Shown here: one piece after another, positions 9,371 through 18,339 of the stretch | How positions within the stretch are numbered: the first letter of the stretch is position 1 | How the letters are laid out: each line of letters opens with the position of its first letter | DNA from: Candidatus Hermodarchaeota archaeon | Lineage (GTDB): Archaea; Asgardarchaeota; Thorarchaeia; Thorarchaeales; Thorarchaeaceae | Assembly (NCBI GenBank): GCA_048885865.1 | Contig: JBHLLF010000004.1 | Span: 32,001-96,000, forward strand | Reading direction: 5' to 3' | DNA: 64,000 nucleotides | The notes under the pieces: generated by a model | Database searches by the model: none | What the model was told of the DNA's origin: nothing | What the model saw: the letters and a program-made list of their open reading frames with translations, nothing else | Program-made: the position numbers and the translations under genes

Positions 9371-9682
9371 TTAGGACTCTGACTTCACATCGTCAAGAAT
9401 CACTATAGACTCTCCAAGGGTTATTGATAGTCTGGCTGCAAGCTCCTTCGGACTAATGTCTGGTTGCTGGCTCAGAATATGCTCTCTGGTATGGCCTGCA
9501 AGATTTGCATATCGAGGATTCTTTTGAGCGGTTTCCACTAATAAGTCCCAGAGCGGATGTGTTTTGAAGTCAGTGATGTTGATTTCAATGTGGCGAGTTG
9601 ACCGTCTCTTGCGTCTAGGAGGCGATTTTGGAGAGTCAGCTTCTTTGTCCAGAGTATGGCTTGTCAATTTGTCTTGCTTCAA
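9371..9682 (-). CDS. Small hypothetical protein with basic N-terminus and C-terminal HTH-like motif
   Basis: PPRRKRRS basic patch; PDISPKELAARLSITLGES HTH-like pattern. Confidence 0.55.
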   Translation of the reverse strand: MKQDKLTSHTLDKEADSPKSPPRRKRRSTRHIEINITDFKTHPLWDLLVETAQKNPRYANLAGHTREHILSQQPDISPKELAARLSITLGESIVILDDVKSES

Positions 9683-9920
9683 GTCCGCTTCCCTTACCTA
9701 TTCCCGGCAGGAGGTCTCAGGCAGAGGCCCCTAGCTAAGGAGGCTTGACTGCGATATAAGCATTCGGACGTTAATCATGACTGAGTAACTATCAGCGCGT
9801 ATCTTAGAGAAAATCATGCAAGATTGGAATGAAAAGGGTGAGAATGCTCTGTAGTAAGGTTTAACTATGACTTACCGAGGAGTGGGCCAAGAAACTCGGC
9901 ATAAAAACCGACTTCGGGGT

Positions 9921-10226
9921 ATGAGTTTATTGCCTCAAGGCATTAGAAGAATAGTTCTCGACGTATTGAAGCCTCACACACCTAGGCTCACTGATCTTGC
10001 GTTGATGCTCTCAAGAGATGAGCAGGTCAACGGATTAAACATCTCTCTGAAGGAAGTTGATCAAAACACAGAGAGCATAACAATAACTCTTGAGGGTGAT
10101 AACCTGCAATATGAGTCAATCAAGGAGATTCTAGAGCAGGCAGGTGCAGTCATTCACTCTATAGATCAAGTAGTAGCTGGAAAGCGATTCGTGGAAGAAG
10201 TCACACTGCAGCCTGAAAACACATGA
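9921..10226 (+). CDS. DUF211 family protein
   Basis: IRRIVLDVLKPH...GAVIHSIDQVVAG signature; ATG at 9921. Confidence 0.9.
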   Translation: MSLLPQGIRRIVLDVLKPHTPRLTDLALMLSRDEQVNGLNISLKEVDQNTESITITLEGDNLQYESIKEILEQAGAVIHSIDQVVAGKRFVEEVTLQPENT

Positions 10227-10238
10227 TTAGGGTTTGCA

Positions 10239-10853
10239 TCAGCGGCTCTCTAGCTGTCCCAGTAGACGCTTACTCTCTTCCTCAATCTTTCGTTGTACCA
10301 GACGATGGAGTTCATGTTCAAATGCAGATGGGACTATTCTGACAACACTGCATAGACGATCAACTATCTTGTCTGCCAGTGCTGTCGGTGATACAACTCC
10401 TCCTTTAACAATGCTCTTCACGACTTCTTCACCAACACCAGAACGGACAATCGAGTCCACAACACTAGCTATTGTTCCCTCTGGATCAAAGAAGTATGGA
10501 TTGCGATTGCTGTCATGGAGAGTTATGAAATCTAGCTTCTCTATGATGCTCTCAGTATACCACTCAAGACTTGATTCCTTAATTCTGATTTTATTTGCAA
10601 AATCACCCTTTGTCAGTGGATTGGGATGACTCCACGGGTGCCTTGTAACAACAAAAAGAGAGGCGGCAAAGAAAGGGTCGACCTCTCTAGGCAGACCTTC
10701 ATGGGATATATATCGTCGAATGAGATCCAACGCCATGTTCTCGTATCGCTCATCGATGTTGTTTTCCCTGAAAAACTCATGAGCGTCCCGAACCACATTG
10801 ACTACCACCTGTGGACTAACTACCATCTTCTTCTCGAAATGGGACACTTGCAT
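10239..10853 (-). CDS. Hypothetical protein with a single TFIIB/cyclin-like repeat
   Basis: ALDLIRRY...FFAASLFVV...LTKGDFANKIRIKESSLEWYTESIIEKL resembles the TFB core repeat; GGAG RBS before ATG 10853. Confidence 0.6.
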   Translation of the reverse strand: MQVSHFEKKMVVSPQVVVNVVRDAHEFFRENNIDERYENMALDLIRRYISHEGLPREVDPFFAASLFVVTRHPWSHPNPLTKGDFANKIRIKESSLEWYTESIIEKLDFITLHDSNRNPYFFDPEGTIASVVDSIVRSGVGEEVVKSIVKGGVVSPTALADKIVDRLCSVVRIVPSAFEHELHRLVQRKIEEESKRLLGQLESR

Positions 10854-10950
10854 CAGCTCTCCTTCGCGAACGGGAATGGCGATTCCTCTCAATCTAGGCC
10901 AACATTAATACTTTTGCACTGGAAGACAAGGTAAGTGCTTGTTGGCGCCT

Positions 10951-11529
10951 TCATCGAGCCCGATATATCTTCTCAAGAGCCCATCGAAGAGTGTTCTGAA
11001 TCTCGTTCAATCTGTTACCTTCTGCATAGTTACGGATAACGATCTGTTGTAGAACTCCATCATCGGCTTGCACTTCGAAATCAAATGCTTGTTCCCATTC
11101 AATCTCACCATTTTCAACTCGATGGCGATCCTCCTGCTGGAACTGACCGAGAATCCTTTCAACAAAGAATCGTGCAAAGGCGCCTCTTTTGATGTCATAG
11201 ATGGCATGAGAGGCAGGGATGATTGTGAGGCTCTGTGGCTCCAATTCAATTGTAGCTAACTCTAGATCACCAGGTTTGTTCATTACCTGTATAGTTCGGG
11301 GCTCATCAGGTGTGAGGGCCGCTCTATCCTCTGCTTCACTCCTCAATGCGTCGGCAGTTGCTGCAGCTCCAATCGCAGCATCTGCGGTGACAAAGCTGCT
11401 GACGCCAATGACCGAGTCAAGAGCTTGAATGTACGACTCAAGTTGGTCAGCCTTTTCTCTGAGTTCATTCAGTTGCTCTTCCAGCTCCTTTCTCAACTCG
11501 AGAAGGACACGAATCTCTGGATTCTCCAA
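10951..11529 (-). CDS. Conserved hypothetical protein with N-terminal coiled coil
   Basis: Heptad-rich LLELRKELEEQLNELREKADQLESY; globular C-terminal domain; GAGGT RBS. Confidence 0.75.
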   Translation of the reverse strand: MENPEIRVLLELRKELEEQLNELREKADQLESYIQALDSVIGVSSFVTADAAIGAAATADALRSEAEDRAALTPDEPRTIQVMNKPGDLELATIELEPQSLTIIPASHAIYDIKRGAFARFFVERILGQFQQEDRHRVENGEIEWEQAFDFEVQADDGVLQQIVIRNYAEGNRLNEIQNTLRWALEKIYRAR

Positions 11530-11589
11530 TTGCCAACCTCACTATTGTGTTCAAGGACTCACAATCTATGGCGTCAGGTCCATTTTAGT

Positions 11590-11826
11590 TCATGTATTAT
11601 TTGATTGATCATCGCTGACCACGGCTATCGCAAAGTCAGGACATTCCATCTCACAGATTCTGCACACTTTGCATGCAGCTAGATCAGCCACAATTGGCAG
11701 AAAGAACCCACGATTGTCCACCTCATCTGCCTTCTCAAGAACTGCGTGTGGACAAACGGAGATACAGATATGGCATCCTTTGCACATCTTGCTGTCAATG
11801 ACTATCTTTTGTGCTTTTTTTGCCAT
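11590..11826 (-). CDS. 2[4Fe-4S] ferredoxin (KorD/VorD-like)
   Basis: CKGCHICISVCP and CKVCRICEMECPD; start MAKK at 11826. Confidence 0.88.
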   Translation of the reverse strand: MAKKAQKIVIDSKMCKGCHICISVCPHAVLEKADEVDNRGFFLPIVADLAACKVCRICEMECPDFAIAVVSDDQSNNT

Positions 11827-11945
11827 AGAGGGGGGTCTCCAAGTTTCGTTCAATCTGAAGCCTGATATAACCATATTCATGCAGTCTATGAGAGTCGGGA
11901 TTAAATAGCAAGGTAGCTGACAGTCTAACGGAGGCGCCGACAGTA

Positions 11946-12659
11946 ATGCTGAAGCCATTTCTAGTTTTCAGGTGTTCGAAGTGCAGGAATTTCACTAATG
12001 CACCTGCAGGTCAGAAGAAACGTCGCTGCAGCTATTGCGGACATATAATCGACATCTCGAAAGCAGCGTGTGCCTTGTTCGATACTCCAGAAAAAGCGTC
12101 AACTGCTGTGAAGAAATTCAATGCTTCAAGGGGTGGTGACTCTTTTCTGAAGGCTGTTGAAGCAAGCAAAGAGAGAGTAAGAGGTCTTCTTCCTCCTGAG
12201 AAACTCAGCATGAAGGACGTGATTGACAAGTCAGAGGAGGAAATACCATCTGGTAAGTCGAAGAGATTGCTAGAACTCCTAAAGAGAGAGGCTAGTGATA
12301 GTGCGTGCTCGCTAGACACAATAGCTGAACTCTGCCCCGATTATCAGTTGGACTGGTTGTGGGTAGAAGACCAGCTCAATAAGCTGTCAAATCAAGGCAC
12401 CTTGATATTTCCAAGACCTTGGACTGTTCAGTTGGTCGGTGTTCCGTCAAAGGAGAAAACCAAGCCCTCCTTAGTGGATGTGACAAAAGAGATTGTGGAT
12501 TGGATTCAAAGGAAGGGCGGAGAAACTGAATTAGATGATGTTGTGGAGCATTTTGAAGAACTTGGAATCCCCAAGGAATCAGTTGAGGCTTCACTTGATC
12601 GTCTGATGAATCAGGGTGTGATTTACCTGCCGAAAGCAGGACTCATAGGGTTGGTGTAA
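11946..12659 (+). CDS. DUF1922-like Zn-ribbon protein with two winged-helix repeats
   Basis: CSKC...CSYCG ribbon; repeats LNKLSNQGTLIFPRPWTVQLV and LDRLMNQGVIYLPKAGLIGLV. Confidence 0.7.
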   Translation: MLKPFLVFRCSKCRNFTNAPAGQKKRRCSYCGHIIDISKAACALFDTPEKASTAVKKFNASRGGDSFLKAVEASKERVRGLLPPEKLSMKDVIDKSEEEIPSGKSKRLLELLKREASDSACSLDTIAELCPDYQLDWLWVEDQLNKLSNQGTLIFPRPWTVQLVGVPSKEKTKPSLVDVTKEIVDWIQRKGGETELDDVVEHFEELGIPKESVEASLDRLMNQGVIYLPKAGLIGLV

Positions 12660-12670
12660 AGGGCGATTCA

Positions 12671-13096
12671 TTGAATAGCGTTGAATTCATCTGGAATGTG
12701 AGGAGAATGCCTGTTGTAGAGATAGTAGCAAAGAAGGCGTTACAGAATAACCCAGATCTCGACCTTGAAGTTGTTGATCTCATTGTCCTTCTCTGGCTAT
12801 TCTCCAATCCCTATGACAGCAAAAGAAGACAGCTCAGCAGTATGCGAACCGTACTAAAGATGTGTGAAACGTTTCAGACACCTGGGAAAGGCATTGTCCT
12901 AACGGATTCAGAACTCACTCAAATTGTCCTCGCAAGCCTTCAGAAATTGAGGGCGAGGAATCTCGTATATGTGAGGTCAGCTGGAATACATTATATTAAG
13001 GCGACAATGACTGAGAAAGGAATCGACCTTGTTAAGAGCTCGATAAATACGCCGGTTCTAAGGCGCGTCACTGCCGAGTTTGGTGATAATCCTTAG
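12671..13096 (+). CDS. Hypothetical protein, probable winged-helix fold
   Basis: SLQKLRARNLVYV...ATMTEKG wing pattern; start could be 12707. Confidence 0.6.
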   Translation: MNSVEFIWNVRRMPVVEIVAKKALQNNPDLDLEVVDLIVLLWLFSNPYDSKRRQLSSMRTVLKMCETFQTPGKGIVLTDSELTQIVLASLQKLRARNLVYVRSAGIHYIKATMTEKGIDLVKSSINTPVLRRVTAEFGDNP

Positions 13097-13149
13097 CAAA
13101 AGAATTGCCTCGTTTCGCAACGTTTAAATGCAGACTTCACCCGGCGAAC

Positions 13150-13333
13150 GCCAGTCGCTCTTAGGACGACTGTTTCAGAGCCGATGGATTCAGTGCAGGC
13201 CTCTAGTTCTGCGCGCAGAGTTAGCCTGCAGACGTGTGCCGGTTGGTTCTGGAGTGGTAGTTGAGCGTGTGACATCTTAGCACCTTGAACCAAAGCAGGC
13301 TAAGAGTAGTTAGAGCACTGGAAGTGAGCCGAT
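13150..13333 (+). ncRNA. Structured 5' leader of the rpl22 ribosomal operon (candidate r-leader)
   Basis: TATA-like TTTAAATG at 13123-13130; helices 13152-57/13167-72, 13174-84/13243-53, 13194-200/13224-30 with inner stem, 13275-81/13299-305. Confidence 0.6.
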
Positions 13334-13798
13334 ATGCCAACATATGGATACTCGATCATAGGCATTGATCCGGATAGGACCGCAGTGGCGAGTGGAAGAA
13401 ACATAAGATGTTCTCCAAAGCAAAGCAGAGAAGTCTGCAATGCCATCAGAGGCATGATGCTAGATAGAGCCATCGACCTATTAGAAAGAGTAGGCGAGGA
13501 GAAAGAATGGATTCCTTATAGACGCCACAAGAAGAAACGGGGACACCACTCTGGGATGAAGAAGTGGGGCCCAGGTGGTCATCCGGTAAAGGCATCTGAG
13601 AACATCCTGAGAGTTTTGAAGAATGCGGAAGCGAATGCTGATGCAAAGGGATTGGACATTGACAGACTCAGGATAGCCCATGCAGCTGCGCATAGAGGCC
13701 GCACTTACAAGAAGTACATTGAGAGGGCGTTTGGGCGAAGCACCCCATATTTCGAAAACACTACACACATTGAGATTGTATTGGAGGAAGTAGCATAA
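13334..13798 (+). CDS. rpl22: 50S ribosomal protein uL22
   Basis: SPKQSREVCNAIRGM, YIERAFGRSTPY, THIEIVLEE. Confidence 0.97.
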   Translation: MPTYGYSIIGIDPDRTAVASGRNIRCSPKQSREVCNAIRGMMLDRAIDLLERVGEEKEWIPYRRHKKKRGHHSGMKKWGPGGHPVKASENILRVLKNAEANADAKGLDIDRLRIAHAAAHRGRTYKKYIERAFGRSTPYFENTTHIEIVLEEVA

Positions 13799-14700
13799 TG
13801 TCCGCAGTCAAATACTTCATCGACCAGAACTCTCGCAGGCTAAAAGTTGACGAGTTCTTAGCGAGAGAACTAAACTCCGCTGGATATGGTGGTGTTGAGA
13901 TTAGAAAAATGCCCATGAGGACAGAAGTTGTCATTCATGCTTCTCGACCTGGTGTTGTTATTGGTCGCCGCGGCTCCAAGATTAGAGAGCTGACAGAGAT
14001 TTTGGAAACCGAGTTTGGAATAGAGAATGTCCAAGTAGAAGTCAGTGAAATTGAGAACCCCTGGCTCAATGCACAGGTCATGGCATCAAGGTTGGCACGA
14101 CAGCTTGAACGCGGTGTTCGATTTAGAAGAATGGCATATTGGATTCTCAGACGAGTCATGCGCGCAGGTGCTCTAGGATGCGAGATTATAGTAAAGGGCA
14201 AGCTCTCCAGCAGGAGAGCAAGGTACCAGAAGTTCAAACAAGCCACGGTTGCAAAAACGGGTGAACCAGCTGACACATGGGTGGACGAGGCTGATGACAC
14301 GGCTATTCTGAAGCCGGGTGCAATAGGCATCAAAGTTAGAATCATGCGCCCAGAGGCCAGACTGCCTGGTGTAATCAGTGTAAAGACACCCAAAGCAAGA
14401 AAAGTTGTCGAGCCTGAGGTTGTCAAAAGAGCCGAGGAGGAGGACTTAGAGGTTGTAGATGTCGAGGAAGGGCTTGAGGGAATCACCGACATCGAAGAAC
14501 TAAGAGAACTTGAGGAACTGGACGGCTTGGAGCTAGTAGAGGAACCAGTCAAGATCGAGGATGAGCCTGAACCGGAACCCTCTAGCACTGATGCTGATAA
14601 AAAGACTCCTGAGGCTGAAGAAGCACCTACTCCAGAGGCAACAGAGGAGTCGTTGAAAGAGCTTGAAGAGCTTGATGATTTGGAAGAGGTGGGTGAATAG
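13798..14700 (+). CDS. rps3: 30S ribosomal protein uS3 with long acidic C-terminal tail
   Basis: KH domain RPGVVIGRRGSKI; GALGCEIIVKGK; GAIGIKVRIM. Confidence 0.97.
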   Translation: MSAVKYFIDQNSRRLKVDEFLARELNSAGYGGVEIRKMPMRTEVVIHASRPGVVIGRRGSKIRELTEILETEFGIENVQVEVSEIENPWLNAQVMASRLARQLERGVRFRRMAYWILRRVMRAGALGCEIIVKGKLSSRRARYQKFKQATVAKTGEPADTWVDEADDTAILKPGAIGIKVRIMRPEARLPGVISVKTPKARKVVEPEVVKRAEEEDLEVVDVEEGLEGITDIEELRELEELDGLELVEEPVKIEDEPEPEPSSTDADKKTPEAEEAPTPEATEESLKELEELDDLEEVGE

Positions 14701-14702
14701 AG

Positions 14703-14915
14703 ATGGCTCGTCTTACTGCAAAGGACATCAGAAAGCTGACTCCTCCTGAGCGTCAGAAAAGACTGGAAGAACTCTACAATGAACTCACAGAGATTAGAAT
14801 CCAGATGGCAACGGGCGGAGGAACCGACAATCCCTATAGAATAAGAAACGTCAGACGGGCGATCGCGCGGATACTGACAATCCAGAGTGAAATGGAGCGT
14901 GAGGGACAGGCATGA
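14703..14915 (+). CDS. rpl29: 50S ribosomal protein uL29
   Basis: DIRKLT...NPYRIRNVRRAIARILT; position after rps3. Confidence 0.95.
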   Translation: MARLTAKDIRKLTPPERQKRLEELYNELTEIRIQMATGGGTDNPYRIRNVRRAIARILTIQSEMEREGQA

Positions 14916-15196
14916 AGATTACCCCAGCTAATCTAACCAGACATGAACTCATAGGACTTGAGGCGCATGTAGTACGATCCTCTGATCCAGGACACATCTG
15001 CAGACAGGGGCCCATAGTTGATGAGTCAAGAGAGATGATCCACATCTCCACTGAAAATGGAGAGATTATGGTTCCAAAGATGATTAGTGTGTTTGATTTC
15101 AAATTGCCCAATGGCACGGTCGTTAGAATTGAGGGATACAAGCTGAGAGGCACTCCTGAGAATCGAATAAAGAAGCGCCAGAGGAGGAGATGGTAG
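14912..15196 (+). CDS. rnp1: RNase P protein Rpp29/Pop4
   Basis: ITPANLTRHELIGL, G.IVDE, G..L...PE.R; canonical position before rps17. Confidence 0.92.
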   Translation: MKITPANLTRHELIGLEAHVVRSSDPGHICRQGPIVDESREMIHISTENGEIMVPKMISVFDFKLPNGTVVRIEGYKLRGTPENRIKKRQRRRW

Positions 15197-15197
15197 A

Positions 15198-15557
15198 ATG
15201 CCAGAAGCGAAGATACGCAATATTGGGATACCCAACGTGGAGCCTCCTGAGAAAGTCTGTGAGGACCCGAATTGCCCGTTTCATGGTAACCTAGCTGTTC
15301 GTGGACGAGTCATGGAGGGCACAGTCACCAGCACCAAGATGCACAGGACAATAACGTTTCAGCAGGACTTTCTTAGCCTGATAAAGAAATACTCCAGGTA
15401 CGAGAGAAGAAGAAGCAAGAAGCATGCACATCTTCCGCCTTGTATTGATGCGAGTGTAGGCGACACTGTCAAGGCTGTTGAATGTCGGCCGCTTAGCAAG
15501 ACGGTGACTTGTGTGGTGGTGGCTGCCACACGCCAGGAAACAGACGAGGAGGAATAG
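15198..15557 (+). CDS. rps17: 30S ribosomal protein uS17
   Basis: CEDPNCPFHG, KYSRYERR, ECRPLSKT. Confidence 0.97.
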   Translation: MPEAKIRNIGIPNVEPPEKVCEDPNCPFHGNLAVRGRVMEGTVTSTKMHRTITFQQDFLSLIKKYSRYERRRSKKHAHLPPCIDASVGDTVKAVECRPLSKTVTCVVVAATRQETDEEE

Positions 15558-15560
15558 ACC

Positions 15561-15983
15561 ATGTCGAGAAAAGTTGGTAGAGGTATCAGGAAATTTACTC
15601 CTAGGATAGCACGAGGTTTGCCTGTCGGAGCTAAAATTCTCTGTACTGATAACTCAGGTGCAAAGGAACTCCAAATCATCACCGTTTTCGGATACAAGGG
15701 AAAGCTCCGGAAGCTTGGAAAAGCAGGCATCGGCGACAAGGTCAATGTTTCTGTGACAAAAGGCAAGCAAGACCTCCGGAAACAAGTGCTTCAAGCGGTA
15801 ATAGTACGGCAGAGAAAGCCGTACCGAAGACCTGATGGTACCTGGATGCAATTCGAAGATAATGCTGCGGTTCTGATCAAGCCGGGCGGTGAGCCACAAG
15901 GCTCTGAGCTTCGAGGACCTATGGCGAGAGAGGTCACACTGAGGTGGCCCCGTGTTTCAGCAATTGCATCCAAGATTGTGTGA
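15561..15983 (+). CDS. rpl14: 50S ribosomal protein uL14
   Basis: DNSGAK, AVIVRQRKPYRRPDG, FEDNAAV. Confidence 0.97.
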   Translation: MSRKVGRGIRKFTPRIARGLPVGAKILCTDNSGAKELQIITVFGYKGKLRKLGKAGIGDKVNVSVTKGKQDLRKQVLQAVIVRQRKPYRRPDGTWMQFEDNAAVLIKPGGEPQGSELRGPMAREVTLRWPRVSAIASKIV

Positions 15984-15993
15984 GGTGTGTTGA

Positions 15994-16380
15994 ATGACGA
16001 AGAAGATTAGCCCAAAGTCCCCAGGGAAGCAGAGAAGGCGCATCTACAAGTCGCCAATCCACTCACACAAGAAGAGATTGAAGTGTAGACTTGACGAGTT
16101 CCTCAGGGAGGAATACGGTCTAAGGTCACTGGTCGTAAAGAAAGGCGACCTTGTTCGAGTTATGCGTGGCCAGTTTAGAGATACTGAGGGAAAGGTCGTG
16201 AGAGTAGACTATGGTGCGGTTAGAGTCTATCTTGAGAGTGCTACAACGACAAAGGCTGATGGAAAGGAAGCTCAGATTCCTGTACATCCCTCGAATCTTA
16301 TGCTTGTGAAGCTTGAACTCGATGATGACAGGAAGAGAATCATTGACAACAAAGTAGTCAAAACAGCGGAGAGTGATTAG
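15994..16380 (+). CDS. rpl24: 50S ribosomal protein uL24
   Basis: PGKQRR, KGDLVRVMRG KOW motif, HPSNL. Confidence 0.97.
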   Translation: MTKKISPKSPGKQRRRIYKSPIHSHKKRLKCRLDEFLREEYGLRSLVVKKGDLVRVMRGQFRDTEGKVVRVDYGAVRVYLESATTTKADGKEAQIPVHPSNLMLVKLELDDDRKRIIDNKVVKTAESD

Positions 16381-17133
16381 ATGGCAAGAAGAGGGCAGAA
16401 AAAGCACCTGAAACGATTGCCGGCACCAAGATATTGGCCAATCAAACGCAAGGAAGCCAAGTTCACAACTAGGCCTATTCCTGGACCACATCCAGGGGGT
16501 CACAGCCTGACACTCGCCATTGTACTCAGAGAGATGCTCGGCTATGCGGTAAACATGCGCGAAGTAAAAGCCATTCTGAATTCAGGCCAAGTTCGTGTCG
16601 ATGGTCGGATACGAAAGGACCCCAGATATCCAATTGGAATGATGGATGTCCTTGAGATTCAAGGCTCTGAGGAGAAGTTCAGACTGATTCCAAAGAAGAA
16701 TGGCGGGCTGCGTCTTGTCCAGATCGATGACAAGGAAGCCAGCTTCAAACTCTGCAGAGTTGAGAAGAAGATGATGGTCCCAGGAGGAAGACTTCAGATG
16801 ACACTTCATGATGGCCGCAACCTCTTACTGCCATCTGGAGGCAAGCCTGCAGACTTCAACACCCTCGATACCATTCAGATATCGGTTCCGGACCAGAAGC
16901 ATATGAAGACGATTCCAATGGAGAAAGGCTCCTATGCGGTTGTGAGCCAAGGAAAGAACGTTGGCATCGAAGGGAAGATCCTGGAGATAGAGAAACGCTT
17001 TGGGACTCATGCCAGTACAGTGACGATTGAAGACGCTGAAGGAAATCGATTCCAGACTGCGCTTGAATACGTATTCGTTCTTGGCAAGAAAACGTCTGAG
17101 GTTAGGATGGACTCAGGAGGTGCATCCCAGTGA
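16381..17133 (+). CDS. rps4e: 30S ribosomal protein eS4
   Basis: KHLKRLPAPRYWPI, PGPH, LHDGRN. Confidence 0.97.
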   Translation: MARRGQKKHLKRLPAPRYWPIKRKEAKFTTRPIPGPHPGGHSLTLAIVLREMLGYAVNMREVKAILNSGQVRVDGRIRKDPRYPIGMMDVLEIQGSEEKFRLIPKKNGGLRLVQIDDKEASFKLCRVEKKMMVPGGRLQMTLHDGRNLLLPSGGKPADFNTLDTIQISVPDQKHMKTIPMEKGSYAVVSQGKNVGIEGKILEIEKRFGTHASTVTIEDAEGNRFQTALEYVFVLGKKTSEVRMDSGGASQ

Positions 17134-17732
17134 GTACAACATCACACACAGCAGATAACGTAACCCCAAACGAACATCTCTTCCTTTCTGACTGGAAGGC
17201 ACATCCAATGAAGGCCCCATTTGTGGCCAAAGTAGTAGTCGATATGTGTACAGGTGGAGGCGAGCCTCTCAATAGAGCTTCAGCAATCTTGGAGCAGCTC
17301 ACTGGTCAAGCACCAGTGCAGTCTAGAGCTCGCCAGACTGTGCGAGATTTTGGAATTCGACGTAAGGAACCAATCGCAGTGAGAGTAACACTGCGGGACG
17401 AAAAGGCACACAAGTTCCTAGCAAGAGCCTTGGAGGCCAAGGAAAATGTGCTACTCATCAAAAACTGGGACGATGATGGCAATTTCGCTTTTGGCATCAC
17501 TGAGCATATCGATATCCCTGATGTGAAGTATGACCCACAGCTCGGCATTCAAGGTATGAACATAACAGTGTGCATAGAACGCCCCGGTTTCCGGGTGAAG
17601 AGAAGAAGACGACGTAGGACAAAGGTCCCGTATAGACACCGACTAACACCGGAAGAGAGCATGGTTTTCATCAAGAACACCTTTGGTGTTGAAATCTTGG
17701 AGAAAGTCAGGGAGAGGACATACCTGTTCTGA
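17130..17732 (+). CDS. rpl5: 50S ribosomal protein uL5
   Basis: [37 protein letters not shown]. Confidence 0.97.
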   Translation: MSTTSHTADNVTPNEHLFLSDWKAHPMKAPFVAKVVVDMCTGGGEPLNRASAILEQLTGQAPVQSRARQTVRDFGIRRKEPIAVRVTLRDEKAHKFLARALEAKENVLLIKNWDDDGNFAFGITEHIDIPDVKYDPQLGIQGMNITVCIERPGFRVKRRRRRRTKVPYRHRLTPEESMVFIKNTFGVEILEKVRERTYLF

Positions 17733-17743
17733 GGGGAGCCATA

Positions 17744-17914
17744 ATGAGTGTAAAGAAAGAACGCGTAAAGAGGCGCAAGAAAATGGGCAAAGGTAGTCGA
17801 AACTGTGTTCGTTGTGGCACCCATCAGGCAATAATCCGGTCATATGGGCTCAACATGTGCCGTCGGTGTTTTAGAGAGACCGCAGTGAAGCTGGGATTCA
17901 GAAAGTATAGTTAA
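17744..17914 (+). CDS. rps14: 30S ribosomal protein uS14 (56 aa; not in ORF track)
   Basis: Read manually: [56 protein letters not shown], with CxxC...CxxC. Confidence 0.96.
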   Translation: MSVKKERVKRRKKMGKGSRNCVRCGTHQAIIRSYGLNMCRRCFRETAVKLGFRKYS

Positions 17915-17931
17915 TGGAGGCCAAAGAGAAA

Positions 17932-18324
17932 ATGACACTACTAGACCCATTGGCCGATGCGATGTCAAGCATCTACAACAGTGAGATAGTTGGAAAGCCT
18001 GAGGTAATCATTCAACCGGCTTCCAGTCTTATAGAGAGAGTTCTGCAGGTAATGCAGACACAGGGATACATTGGCGAATTCGAACGCATAGATGACGGGA
18101 TGTCTGGCAGGTTCCGTATCCAGCTTATGGGACGGACAAACAAGTGTGGTGTGATTAAACCACGATTTCCTGTCAAGCGCGATGGATTCGAGAGATACGA
18201 GAAAAGATTCCTTCCAGCCTACAACTATGGCATTTTGATTGTGACTACTCCATTGGGAGTCATGACTCACAGAGATGCCAAGAACCGTGGGATTGGTGGA
18301 AGACTACTAGCTTATGTGTATTAG
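17932..18324 (+). CDS. rps8: 30S ribosomal protein uS8
   Basis: [36 protein letters not shown]. Confidence 0.97.
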   Translation: MTLLDPLADAMSSIYNSEIVGKPEVIIQPASSLIERVLQVMQTQGYIGEFERIDDGMSGRFRIQLMGRTNKCGVIKPRFPVKRDGFERYEKRFLPAYNYGILIVTTPLGVMTHRDAKNRGIGGRLLAYVY

Positions 18325-18339
18325 AAGGAGGTCTGACAA

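Noticed and set aside
13270-13310. AGCAGGC resembles SRP RNA helix 8
   Set aside because: The matching AGG...GNRA motif is missing and the region is shorter than an archaeal 7S RNA.
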